The notes under the pieces: model-generated
Seen by the model: only the letters and a program-made list of their open reading frames with translations
Told to the model about the DNA's origin: nothing
Databases searched by the model: none
Shown: piece after piece, positions 8,596-16,901 of the stretch
Position numbering within the stretch: the first letter of the stretch is position 1
Layout: each line of letters starts with the position of its first letter
Virus record (IMG/VR): IMGVR_UViG_3300037484_000048
Coordinates: 1 to 25,183 of that record
Strand: one strand, 5' to 3'
Source of the DNA: a virus
Taxonomy: Duplodnaviria; Caudoviricetes
Length of the DNA stretch: 25,183 nucleotides
Translations under genes and position numbers: made by a program

Positions 8596-8973
8596 TTACC
8601 GCATCGCCTTCCAGCGGCACAGTCCAGTGTCGGCAGCCGTCGTGAGAGCGATGCCGATCATGGTTCCGAAGACCTGAGCGCCGATCGTGGCAATGGTGCC
8701 GGAAACAGCACCAACCGTGACCAGATCTCCGGCCGTGATTGCACCGGCGGCAACGCTCTCGTGAACGGCACCAACGGCACCGATCACCGTGACCTTTGCG
8801 CCGGATGCCGCATCGTGCGCGGCAACCCCGACGTACTTGGATGCGCTCGCCGTGATCGCCGGTGCTACGGTGCCAACGCCGGAGTTGGCCAGCGTGTTGC
8901 CGCCCACGATCGTTGCCGATGCTTGCTGAGTGAACTCATGTCCGGGGTTGTGAATCGGGACGTAGTCAGCCAT
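8596..8973 (-). CDS. Capsid decoration / cement protein (DUF2190-like)
   Basis: 125 aa, Ala/Gly/Thr-rich, with VGVAAHDAASG..VTV, AAGAITAGDLV and IGIALTTAAD. Lies between scaffold and capsid genes. Confidence 0.8.
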   Translation of the reverse strand: MADYVPIHNPGHEFTQQASATIVGGNTLANSGVGTVAPAITASASKYVGVAAHDAASGAKVTVIGAVGAVHESVAAGAITAGDLVTVGAVSGTIATIGAQVFGTMIGIALTTAADTGLCRWKAMR

Positions 8974-8976
8974 GAC

Positions 8977-9465
8977 CTAGCCCGCCTTCCTGCTGTCCGG
9001 GAACAGCGCGTAGTAGGTCTGATCTTCCTGATACGTGTCCGTACCGGGGAAGCCGGACGCCTGAAGGGGAACCAGGTTCGGGCTCAGGCTGGCGATCGTG
9101 GCTTCCGTGCCGTCCGGGTCCGCGTCGTACAGACGCTCCCATTCCTCCTTACGCGCCGGAGCGAACTTGCCGAGTTCCAGCGCCCTGGCGATCGTCTGAT
9201 CGCGTCGGCTGGTCTGCATCATCTTGTACGCCGCTTCGCCGCGCGCTGCCTGGCGCTGAAGTTCCGTCACGACCGACGTGTCCAGAACCATGACACCGGG
9301 CGTACCGGCTGCCACAGCGGCAGGAATGACGGCCGGAGTCGGATCCGGCGCTGGCTCGGTCGGGGCTGGCGTGATGTTGAGCGCGGTGAGGGCGGCTGCC
9401 GTCACGTCCGCGTCTGAAGCGTCGGCAGCGAGACCGAGAGCTTCCCTAAGCTTGACCGGATCCAT
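8977..9465 (-). CDS. Putative nested scaffolding protein from an internal in-frame start (162 aa)
   Basis: AGAAAGGA at 9476-9483 lies 10 nt before in-frame ATG 9465 (MDPVKLREALGL). This is the same RBS used by the capsid and tail tube genes. Confidence 0.62.
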   Translation of the reverse strand: MDPVKLREALGLAADASDADVTAAALTALNITPAPTEPAPDPTPAVIPAAVAAGTPGVMVLDTSVVTELQRQAARGEAAYKMMQTSRRDQTIARALELGKFAPARKEEWERLYDADPDGTEATIASLSPNLVPLQASGFPGTDTYQEDQTYYALFPDSRKAG

Positions 9466-10425
9466 TCCGGTACCGTCCTTTCTTGTTACCGTGCTTGCCG
9501 CGTGCACTCGGTTGATAGCAGCAACCGGCGGGATGTCCGTAGCCGTCTGCTGTACCGGGGGAATGCTCGCTCGGGATTCATCCCGAGATGCGTACACGAG
9601 TCGTCCGGCGGATGCCGCAACGGCTGGTGTGTCCACATATTCGATCTCAACCCCGACCGGTTCGCCGAACACGGCAGCCCCGTCTGAGATCGTGATCGGA
9701 ATCCTTGCGTACTCGCCAGTTGCCTCATCAACGGTGATGAGTTGAGGGGGATCAAGTTCGAACTCTTTGATCCACACCGTGTAACCGGCCGTGTCGTAGA
9801 ACTGTCGACGGACATCTTCCGTCGTGACTCCGGCCGCTACCTCTCTCGGATTCGGATTGGGCATCGTGGCTTCCTTCGCGTGGATGACTACCGAGAATCC
9901 CATACCAGGATTCTTACTAGATGCCGTTACTCCGTACAGACTAGCGACGCTCTGAAGGGAATCCAGAGTGCCGATAGCAGGAGGTACTACCCCGAGTAGA
10001 GCAACGGCTGTGATGACGAACGGGTGAAGGTGCCCCAACTGACAGATGAAGTCGAATGAGGCTTCCATTGACCGGTCGGGGTACGCGCTCGGAATCACGG
10101 GACCGAGCCAACCGGGCATGCCCAGATAATCACCAACGATTGTGTTGCCGTCATCGGCAGTGCCCATGTTGCCGACATAGCCAAGTGCCGGTTCACCATC
10201 CCAGCGCTTTTTCTTTTCACTGGGCATGGGCTCGTCATGGCCCAACTTGAGTACCGGATTGCGTATGGCCGGACAGTCGAGAGCGGCAACGGCCATTGAA
10301 AAGTCATCTACCGTAAGCGTGACACGGCCCGTGCTCGCATCCCATTGACCGGTCTGTGCGATCTCCACATTAGGGATGTTGGACAACGGAGGCATGGTCA
10401 CTGACTCAATGGTGTTGTTAGTCAT
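8977..10425 (-). CDS. Mu-like capsid maturation protease fused to a C-terminal scaffold region (482 aa)
   Basis: Start MTNNTIES overlaps the portal stop. Motifs PVLKLGH, PALGYV, YPDRSME and ITAVALLGVVPPAIGTLDSL match the Mu gpI type. C-terminal LREALGL..DASDADV and ALELGKFAPA are scaffold-like. Confidence 0.85.
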   Translation of the reverse strand: MTNNTIESVTMPPLSNIPNVEIAQTGQWDASTGRVTLTVDDFSMAVAALDCPAIRNPVLKLGHDEPMPSEKKKRWDGEPALGYVGNMGTADDGNTIVGDYLGMPGWLGPVIPSAYPDRSMEASFDFICQLGHLHPFVITAVALLGVVPPAIGTLDSLQSVASLYGVTASSKNPGMGFSVVIHAKEATMPNPNPREVAAGVTTEDVRRQFYDTAGYTVWIKEFELDPPQLITVDEATGEYARIPITISDGAAVFGEPVGVEIEYVDTPAVAASAGRLVYASRDESRASIPPVQQTATDIPPVAAINRVHAASTVTRKDGTGMDPVKLREALGLAADASDADVTAAALTALNITPAPTEPAPDPTPAVIPAAVAAGTPGVMVLDTSVVTELQRQAARGEAAYKMMQTSRRDQTIARALELGKFAPARKEEWERLYDADPDGTEATIASLSPNLVPLQASGFPGTDTYQEDQTYYALFPDSRKAG

Positions 10426-12505
10426 CCCACACCGCCACGACAATACCCCGACAACGCAAACGACCTAGGCATTCGGTGTACCCGCCGGATACGTACGCCT
10501 GTTCGGCAGCCGCCATGTCCTCGAATTGTTCTCCGTCGATCTCTCGGCAGTTCTTGCACGTGGCCGTGTCGAGTACCTCGCTGGCAAAGTACTTAGCCGG
10601 GGGTGCCGCAGTCATTACCGCTTGGCGACCATGGTTCTGTGCCGCGCTGACCGCACTGCCCAACTGATCCTTGAGGTAGCTGTCACTCAGTGATCGCATG
10701 TGGTCGTCAACCTGATCGGCTACATCTGAGCCGGACTGACCAGGTGCCCAGACCCTTAGAGCCTCACGACCGGCAGCACCGGCCAGCCCTGCCGCAATGA
10801 TGGTCGCCACAGCGGCGGCAACAGACGTCAGTCGGGTTTCGTCAATCTCTTCACCCGAGACGCTGACACCTTGTTTGCTCGCCTCATCCTTCATCTCGGT
10901 AGCGGCATCCCTGGCCATGGCCAGCATCGCCGTAGCGAGCATCTCAGCCGCATCTGTGCTATCTACAGCCAGCGCGGCTAGCCCATCAATCGAGTCATCA
11001 TCAACGGCTGCCGCTATCTGATCCGTGATCTCCTGCCGCTGGGTACGCGAGATCTTTGACCAGTTCTTCAGCAGGTCGGTTACCGTGTCGGTCCATGCCT
11101 GGTCAAGGCTCTCGGGGTCTACCTGGCTGGCTGCCTCAACCGTGGTCAGCGCCCGCCGGTCAGGGACTGCCGCTGTGGCCAGCCTGGCGCGTCGCTGCCG
11201 TCTGGTCGCTACCGGCGTGGGCTCAGGGCCGATCATCGAACCTGGCTGACCCGGCATGCCCGGCATGGGCTCGGGGTCCGGCAGCGCCGGTGCTGGCGTG
11301 GGCTCGGGGTCATCGGGCTTCTCTGGCAGCGTGAACCGCTCTCGGACCCATGCCTCAAGTTCGGGGTCGGGTGTGAGCGCGCCGGACGCCAAGAGAGAGT
11401 TGATCGCTTCTGCGGTGACTTCCGGTCGTGAACCTGCGTCACCGATCACGACACGCGGCACGTTCTCTTTCTCGCCAAAGTTGTAGTCAACCATTTGGGT
11501 AACGAGTCCGGTAAGGACCGTGCCCATCTCTCGGCCAACGGCATTGAGAGACGTCAACATGAGATTGACGAACGTATCCCCGAGAGCACGGCTGCCGTTC
11601 GGGCTGGCGTCCAAATTGAGCACCGATGCCAGCGCCATTTGCGCCATCTGGCTATCTAGATACCTGATGAATGCCAACGTGTCCGGGACGCTGCCGGTAA
11701 TGCCGGTCAGGTTGAACTTGAATCCGTTCGGCATGCCAGCGCCGGACTGGTCCCCGACTCGTGCCGCTGTGGCGAGTAGAGTTGCCTGTTCGATCTGTTC
11801 GCCGGTTGCCCCGACCGGTGCCTCAACATTGGGCACCCCCATACCGAACCTGCGGCTAGATGTTGCCAGCACGCGCCACATCTCGTGCTTGATCAGCCAT
11901 GCCCCGTATGCTGATCGCAGCATTGACCTACCTTGGTACGCGGCACCCTCTCTGTTGTGCGCGTACCAAACCAGGTTTTTAATCGGGATAGGGGACGTGC
12001 CCCCGTACTGAAGGATGCCGGACATCTTGCCGGAGTCGTCAAGCAAAATGTCAGTGATCGTTGACGGCATGCGCTCTGCGAGTTCGGCCAACCGGGCCTG
12101 CCCATTGATAATCTCGTACCGTTGGGCAAACGCCATATGCCCGAACACCAGGTTCAGAAGGGCCACGCGGAAGTGATCGTCAAAGTCCACACCCCGACGC
12201 CTAGCCGGACCCGGCTTAGTCTGCGTGCCGAGAATGGACAGACCCAGATCATCCGCCACCATTGCCACGACTTCCGACCTACAGCCAGCCGGGTCTAGAT
12301 GCTTGGGTGCTTGCATGAGCGGCAGCACATACGCATTGAGAACCGCAGTCAGTTGCGGGTCGTTGCGCATCTTCCCGTATGTCTGGATAGACATGGGGTA
12401 CATCAGGTCAGGGACCGTTTCGAGTGCTTCAGTCAGCGCCGCTGTCCATCCAAGATACTCGCTCATATAACCCTGAGCGGTTCTCGGAGGATTCAACGTA
12501 GCCAA
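10418..12505 (-). CDS. Portal protein (Mu gp29/DUF935-like) fused to a MuF-like head morphogenesis domain
   Basis: TTG start with AGGTGG RBS. Portal motifs Y.KM..D, G.SMLR.AY..W..K, RFGMGVP and GSRALG. Pro-rich linker, then a MuF-like end SEVLD..TCKNC..IDG...CLGRLRCRG. Confidence 0.88.
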   Translation of the reverse strand: MATLNPPRTAQGYMSEYLGWTAALTEALETVPDLMYPMSIQTYGKMRNDPQLTAVLNAYVLPLMQAPKHLDPAGCRSEVVAMVADDLGLSILGTQTKPGPARRRGVDFDDHFRVALLNLVFGHMAFAQRYEIINGQARLAELAERMPSTITDILLDDSGKMSGILQYGGTSPIPIKNLVWYAHNREGAAYQGRSMLRSAYGAWLIKHEMWRVLATSSRRFGMGVPNVEAPVGATGEQIEQATLLATAARVGDQSGAGMPNGFKFNLTGITGSVPDTLAFIRYLDSQMAQMALASVLNLDASPNGSRALGDTFVNLMLTSLNAVGREMGTVLTGLVTQMVDYNFGEKENVPRVVIGDAGSRPEVTAEAINSLLASGALTPDPELEAWVRERFTLPEKPDDPEPTPAPALPDPEPMPGMPGQPGSMIGPEPTPVATRRQRRARLATAAVPDRRALTTVEAASQVDPESLDQAWTDTVTDLLKNWSKISRTQRQEITDQIAAAVDDDSIDGLAALAVDSTDAAEMLATAMLAMARDAATEMKDEASKQGVSVSGEEIDETRLTSVAAAVATIIAAGLAGAAGREALRVWAPGQSGSDVADQVDDHMRSLSDSYLKDQLGSAVSAAQNHGRQAVMTAAPPAKYFASEVLDTATCKNCREIDGEQFEDMAAAEQAYVSGGYTECLGRLRCRGIVVAVWDD

Positions 12506-12519
12506 CTGTTCACCACCTA

Positions 12520-14109
12520 TTAATATCGCAGTGCCTCGAAATCAGTGCCATTAGCACGCGTGCCTGTTGCCTCTTGGAATGCCGTCTCAACTGCTCCGGC
12601 AGTGTGGGACTTGACTACCCGACTAGCTGACTGAGCGTCAACTTGTCTGAGATATTCCGTTGCAACAACTCTCGCAGCGTAACTTACCACGTCAACGCAG
12701 TCGTCATGCGCAGCGTTGGGGAATGACACGAGTTCGGCAACCCACACACCTACATCGTTGTAGCTCAACTCATTGGGAAGCCATAGCCGACCGTTCTCCG
12801 AGCGGACCTGAGCGGGAATCGACCGAGTGATCTTATCGGTATCCGCCTTCAGTTCCTTGACTGGCACACCGGCTTTAGCTGCCTCATAAACCATCGTGGT
12901 TCCGAACATCCGGGATTCGACATAGACCACGTCACAATCCCATTGCTGCTTTAGCGGTCGCACTAGAGACCAGTGATCGGTTTCTTCAATGCGTGCTCGT
13001 GCACCACCTAGCAGAATCAGATCACCCTCATTGCTGATCGCCCATGCTCCGGCAACGGTGTAGTCCGCAGACGTCTTGGTGCTCGCTGCCAGGTCTACCG
13101 TCACAAAGCGCCATGTGTCGTCCAGCCAGACAATCCGGCCGCCCAAGTCCAACCGGGCACCGTGCATCCGGCCGTGTCTTGTGGAGTCGCTGGGAGCCGC
13201 AGACCAGTACCTCATGTGTGCGCGCTTGAACAGCCCACCGGCCGCCGGTGTTGGGGTGCCCTGGTAGAGGGCATTCCAGATGTAACTACCTACGTTCTTC
13301 TTGATCCGAGCCCAGCGCCGATTGCCCCGAGCACTGGTCATGTACTCGCCAGGTTGCCGCCCTAGGGGATCATCATAGGAAGTCGCACATGCCGGGATGT
13401 TGACCACTCGCCATTGACCAGGCTCGTTGACCTGAAGCCATCCCGCTAGATCATCCTCATGCCATCTGGTTTGAATGATGATGATCTTAGTCGTTGGTGC
13501 TAGTCGAGTCGTGGCAACCGCTCGCCAGAAGTCTTTGAGTCGCTGGCGATACACCGGTGAATGAGCTTCCTTCAGGTTCTTGATCGGGTCATCAATGATC
13601 AGAATATCGACTGGCTTACCGATAAGCGAACCGGCAATTCCCGTGCAATAGACCGAGCCCTTATGCCCCTTGATATTCCAGCGTCCGGCCGCCTTACTGT
13701 CCGGCCGCAATGTCAAGCCTAGATCAGTGGCATGGTTAACCCCGTCGAATTGCTCCACATCTAGCTTGATATCCCCGCCGAACCTACGTGCCATCTCGTC
13801 TGTGTACGAAACGATCGCAATACGTAGGTCAGGGTTGTGCGTCAATAGCCACTCGGGGAAACGATGCGAGCACCGTACCGACTTACCCTCTTGAGGGGGC
13901 ATGCTTAGGATCAGCCGGTCCCGGTTGGGGTTGTCGATCAGCTCGACTAGCTCACGATCAATGCACCGCAATGCCGGAGTCTGTACCGTGCTCGGGTCCA
14001 ATGCGCATGCCAGGTCACCAGGTGTTGCCCACTTACGCGGCTTAGGTGGTGGTGGTGGTTCGAACCGCTTGATCAGGGCTTCAGCGATTCCCTGTACCGC
14101 TGTGGGCAT
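12520..14109 (-). CDS. terL: Terminase large subunit
   Basis: Walker A MPPQEGKS, Walker B ILIIDDP, QTRWHEDDL, and nuclease acidic motifs TVDLA and FPNAAHDDCVD. Directly upstream of the portal. Confidence 0.95.
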   Translation of the reverse strand: MPTAVQGIAEALIKRFEPPPPPKPRKWATPGDLACALDPSTVQTPALRCIDRELVELIDNPNRDRLILSMPPQEGKSVRCSHRFPEWLLTHNPDLRIAIVSYTDEMARRFGGDIKLDVEQFDGVNHATDLGLTLRPDSKAAGRWNIKGHKGSVYCTGIAGSLIGKPVDILIIDDPIKNLKEAHSPVYRQRLKDFWRAVATTRLAPTTKIIIIQTRWHEDDLAGWLQVNEPGQWRVVNIPACATSYDDPLGRQPGEYMTSARGNRRWARIKKNVGSYIWNALYQGTPTPAAGGLFKRAHMRYWSAAPSDSTRHGRMHGARLDLGGRIVWLDDTWRFVTVDLAASTKTSADYTVAGAWAISNEGDLILLGGARARIEETDHWSLVRPLKQQWDCDVVYVESRMFGTTMVYEAAKAGVPVKELKADTDKITRSIPAQVRSENGRLWLPNELSYNDVGVWVAELVSFPNAAHDDCVDVVSYAARVVATEYLRQVDAQSASRVVKSHTAGAVETAFQEATGTRANGTDFEALRY

Positions 14110-14118
14110 GGCTACCCC

Positions 14119-14298
14119 CTAAGGACAGACGTCCCCTTCAGGGTCGCATAGTGGCGATTCGGTATCGGTCACGAATGAGGTACCTGGATCGTTGTTTGCT
14201 TCCATAAGGATCCGGATACCGATGATGTCAATCGCCACCAGATGCGCAGCGAAGAACAGCAGGAATAGGCACACGATCACACCTTGAGTCCGTGTCAT
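14119..14298 (-). CDS. Small single-pass membrane protein (59 aa), candidate holin or lysis accessory
   Basis: Not in the ORF track. Manual translation: MTRTQGVIVCLFLLFFAAHLVAIDIIGIRILMEANNDPGTSFVTDTESPLCDPEGDVCP. TGATG coupling to the endolysin; ends 9 nt before terL. Confidence 0.7.
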   Translation of the reverse strand: MTRTQGVIVCLFLLFFAAHLVAIDIIGIRILMEANNDPGTSFVTDTESPLCDPEGDVCP

Positions 14299-15053
14299 CA
14301 GCCGCGCTCATTCGCGAACAGGTGTGCCCACGTGATCGGACCAACAATGCCGTCATCCATGAGCCCGTTGCGGTCCTGATACCACATGACGGCCTTCTCG
14401 GTCTTGGTTCCGAAATCGCCATCGGCCATGAGCTTAGGTGAGTACCCGAGTCCGTTGATCTTGCCTTGCACCTTCTTGACGCCGGTTGAGTTCTCCCAAC
14501 CCTTGCGCATGAGGGTACCGGCCGCGTACGGCCATTTGGCACCGAGAGGGATCACGACCGGCGTCTCTTTGTCGTACATGCCTTTGCCGAATCCGGCGAT
14601 CACATCAGCACCCCGGACACGCAGAAGGACCGAGCCTTCCCCGCCACCCGTGTTGCCTTCAATGGTGATGACTCGGCCATCACTTAGGTTCTTCTTGACG
14701 AATGCCACATGATCGACCGCAGGGCGATCGTTGGTGCCAGACCAGTCGAACAGGATCGGATCACCTGGTTCGGCATGCGCTTTGATATTCGCGACCGTGC
14801 CGGAATACCACTTACCGGCCATTGCCCAGTCATCGGCATACCAGGGGGTGTACGCACGGTCGCCAGCCGGAGCAAGAGCCTTGAATGCTCCGGCGTGATG
14901 TGCTACCCACATGATGAACATCAGGCACCATGCCGCCATGCGGAACTCGGACCCGTGCACAGCCGCGTACTCAGTCGCGTACTTGTTGGGCCTGCCGGAC
15001 ACCCCTACCTGAGCCTGAGCCAGGTTGAGAACCGCGCTCGCAGTGTTGGGCAT
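14298..15053 (-). CDS. Endolysin: CHAP amidase/peptidase plus peptidoglycan-binding (PG_binding_1-like) domain
   Basis: AAWCLMFIMW, PGDPILFDW, DHVAFV and TIEGNT (CHAP), followed by VKKVQ...DGDFG.KTE.AV..YQ...GL..DGIVGP.TW. Start re-assigned to MPNTASA with a GGGGGA RBS. Confidence 0.93.
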   Translation of the reverse strand: MPNTASAVLNLAQAQVGVSGRPNKYATEYAAVHGSEFRMAAWCLMFIMWVAHHAGAFKALAPAGDRAYTPWYADDWAMAGKWYSGTVANIKAHAEPGDPILFDWSGTNDRPAVDHVAFVKKNLSDGRVITIEGNTGGGEGSVLLRVRGADVIAGFGKGMYDKETPVVIPLGAKWPYAAGTLMRKGWENSTGVKKVQGKINGLGYSPKLMADGDFGTKTEKAVMWYQDRNGLMDDGIVGPITWAHLFANERG

Positions 15054-15054
15054 G

Positions 15055-15207
15055 TCAGTCCCCCACGTGACTTGAAAAGGTCCCGGTGACCGGATCGTAG
15101 CCATACAGCTTGCCCAGTACGGCCATCTCGTCAGGCTCGGTCGGTCCCCAGTCGTGGCGATCTACCTCGGACATCTGCGCTGGCGTGGGCTCGGTCGGCT
15201 GGCTCAT
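15055..15207 (-). CDS. Hypothetical protein (50 aa) upstream of the endolysin
   Basis: Manual translation: MSQPTEPTPAQMSEVDRHDWGPTEPDEMAVLGKLYGYDPVTGTFSSHVGD. Stops 1 nt before the endolysin ATG. No RBS, but TAGTCT lies 6 nt upstream, suggesting a leaderless transcript. Confidence 0.65.
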   Translation of the reverse strand: MSQPTEPTPAQMSEVDRHDWGPTEPDEMAVLGKLYGYDPVTGTFSSHVGD

Positions 15208-15245
15208 GGTCACAGACTAGCCGCTCAGTCAGCTATCCAGATACG

Positions 15246-15260
15246 TTGACCAATGGTCAA
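15246..15260. promoter_or_regulatory. Palindromic operator-like site TTGACCAATGGTCAA
   Basis: Perfect 7 bp arms in intergenic DNA upstream of the lysin/virion operon. Related sites occur at 19877 and 21872. Confidence 0.65.
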
Positions 15261-15277
15261 GGCCAATGATCTACCAG

Positions 15278-15307
15278 ACTGGCAGCAACTAGCAGGAACT
15301 GGCAGCA
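15278..15307. repeat. Three tandem 10 bp repeats ACT(G/A)GCAG(C/G)A
   Basis: actggcagca actagcagga actggcagca, in intergenic DNA. Confidence 0.75.
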
Positions 15308-15344
15308 AAGAGCCCCGAGCGACTCCCAGCACTCGGGGCTCTTT
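15307..15344. terminator. Intrinsic terminator-like hairpin, possibly bidirectional
   Basis: Perfect 13 bp stem AAAGAGCCCCGAG / CTCGGGGCTCTTT with a 12 nt loop, about 40 nt downstream of the stop at 15385. Confidence 0.8.
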
Positions 15345-15384
15345 ACGGTCCGGCTGGCGAACTCACATACCGGCCGCGCTCATG

Positions 15385-15591
15385 CTACTCGGTTGACTTA
15401 CTCAGTTGGTCCATGACGTACCGGAAGTACGCCAGGCCCATTGCGTCGGCTGACTTGGCTGACCAGCTACGGGGCTCTTGCGTGAGCCAGTCGCGGTATC
15501 CGCGCGCCGCCTCTTCAACTGGTTCCAGCATTTCCCGCACAGTGGCACATGCCATTGCCAGACCATGAGCGATGCTCTCGGGGTCATCCAT
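15385..15591 (-). CDS. Hypothetical protein (68 aa)
   Basis: ATGGATGA overlap with the upstream small gene. Helical; followed by the terminator. Confidence 0.7.
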   Translation of the reverse strand: MDDPESIAHGLAMACATVREMLEPVEEAARGYRDWLTQEPRSWSAKSADAMGLAYFRYVMDQLSKSTE

Positions 15592-15742
15592 TGATCAGCC
15601 CAGCGATCACGCTGATTACCCAGATACCCACAATGTAAGTGGCGCATTGGGCATACCAGGGACTAGCGCGGAAGGCGTCCCACATGAAAACTACCGAGAC
15701 CTTTACCTCGGTAGCCTGTTCGCGAATCACGTTCTTATTCAT
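15584..15742 (-). CDS. Small membrane protein (52 aa)
   Basis: Not in the ORF track. Manual translation: MNKNVIREQATEVKVSVVFMWDAFRASPWYAQCATYIVGIWVISVIAGLING. ATGA overlap upstream, 8 nt overlap downstream, hydrophobic C-terminal helix. Confidence 0.65.
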   Translation of the reverse strand: MNKNVIREQATEVKVSVVFMWDAFRASPWYAQCATYIVGIWVISVIAGLING

Positions 15743-16008
15743 CCTATTATCACCACCGTAAGCGGATAGTAATCCCTCGACACTTGAGGTACTCGGACAG
15801 TCGAATAGTCATTCGGATAGTGCATGAACTCGAAATCAGGTATCTGATGGATGGCCGTAGCCGCACCGGGAAGCAGGATGTTCCTACCATCCTTATTCCA
15901 GACCTGAACCATGCACCACCCTTTGATCTCGTGCCTGATCTCGTGATGGAACTTGCTATCCAGGAAGTCATCTCGACTGGGAATGGTCACGACCAAGCGC
16001 TGTGTCAC
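15739..16008 (-). CDS. Hypothetical protein (89 aa)
   Basis: Start re-assigned to the GTGA overlap (MTQRLVVTIP). Confidence 0.68.
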   Translation of the reverse strand: MTQRLVVTIPSRDDFLDSKFHHEIRHEIKGWCMVQVWNKDGRNILLPGAATAIHQIPDFEFMHYPNDYSTVRVPQVSRDYYPLTVVIIG

Positions 16009-16322
16009 GGCTGGCGTCCCTCTGCTTCTGCCTCTCGCTCGTCTTCCACAGCGGCACGAGCCGCAACCCACTCGCAGATCACGGCGATATCAGGGGCTCG
16101 GAGCGTGGCCCGGTGTGTGATCGTGTCAGCCCAGTCCTCATCTACATCAATCGACGCCTTGACCTTGTACACGGTCTCGGCCCGGTTGAGCTGATCGAAC
16201 TTGACCATGGTGTCCATGATCTCAATCAGTGCCGCAAAGCTGACCTGAGTCAACCGCGTGTCTAGGGTGCCGTCCCCGCTCTCACCCTTGTGCGTGATCT
16301 TTACCGGATACCGGTCATCCAC
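16005..16322 (-). CDS. Hypothetical protein (about 105 aa)
   Basis: GTG start (MDDRYPVKI) overlaps the upstream stop by 8 nt. Exact start uncertain. Confidence 0.65.
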   Translation of the reverse strand: MDDRYPVKITHKGESGDGTLDTRLTQVSFAALIEIMDTMVKFDQLNRAETVYKVKASIDVDEDWADTITHRATLRAPDIAVICEWVAARAAVEDEREAEAEGRQP

Positions 16323-16629
16323 CAAGACCAGCCCCGTACGCACGCCGGTTCTCATCCATGTACCTATCCCGGACAGTAGCCCGCGCGTACCTGATCGCGT
16401 CGGCATAGTCGCTGGCATAGTCCGGCCGGATGTCCTGCTCTCGGTACTCGGCCGGACTGTAGTAACTGGCCTGTTCGTCTCTGAGCCAGTCCGTGAACGG
16501 CTGCCGATCCGAGCGCGGGTACTGGTGAGGGTACGGCTGCCAGTCGGTGTCAGCGTCGCTCTCAGGGATGGGGCCGGTGAATACGACGCCTTGAATGATC
16601 CCGTCTGTGATCTCTCGTGGCTCGGTCAC
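16315..16629 (-). CDS. Hypothetical protein (104 aa, Tyr/Asp/Arg-rich)
   Basis: GTGA overlap with the upstream gene. Confidence 0.7.
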   Translation of the reverse strand: MTEPREITDGIIQGVVFTGPIPESDADTDWQPYPHQYPRSDRQPFTDWLRDEQASYYSPAEYREQDIRPDYASDYADAIRYARATVRDRYMDENRRAYGAGLGG

Positions 16630-16901
16630 TTGTCCCCATCTCCGTACACCTTTGGCGGAACCTGGCTGATCCCGTATCCCCCGTACATCAGTCGGGGCTT
16701 GATCGGGATCCGGCGCTTGCGCTTGCTCGGGTAGCCAGCCCCGATCACCTGGTGTGCATCTGCCCGGTTCTCTTTGTGCCGGATCCGGCGACGTTGTGCC
16801 GGAGTCAGCGGCCCTTGCCAGAAGGGATCACCATCCGGCGAATTCTGCCCCATGTAGTTGACGATTCGCTTGGACTTGGGTAGCGCTGTGGCTGTGCTCA
16901 T
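16626..16901 (-). CDS. Hypothetical basic protein (91 aa)
   Basis: ATGA overlap; contains LTPAQRRRIRHKENR. Confidence 0.7.
   Translation of the reverse strand: MSTATALPKSKRIVNYMGQNSPDGDPFWQGPLTPAQRRRIRHKENRADAHQVIGAGYPSKRKRRIPIKPRLMYGGYGISQVPPKVYGDGDK

Noticed and set aside
8233-9417. 394 aa plus-strand ORF
   Set aside because: Arg-rich antisense shadow of the capsid, decoration and scaffold genes.
12627-12641. CTGAC-N5-GTCAA as a fourth operator
   Set aside because: One mismatch, lacks the inner C/G pair and lies in coding sequence; cannot be separated from chance without a motif model.
12520-14109. Intein or intron in terL
   Set aside because: Length is normal (529 aa), motifs are contiguous, and no splice-junction or homing endonuclease motifs were seen.
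12624-15235. 14 bp inverted repeat CGCTCAGTCAGCTA at 12624-12637 and 15222-15235 as invertible-segment ends
   Set aside because: A match of this length is roughly expected by chance in 25 kb, one copy is inside terL, and no recombinase is present.
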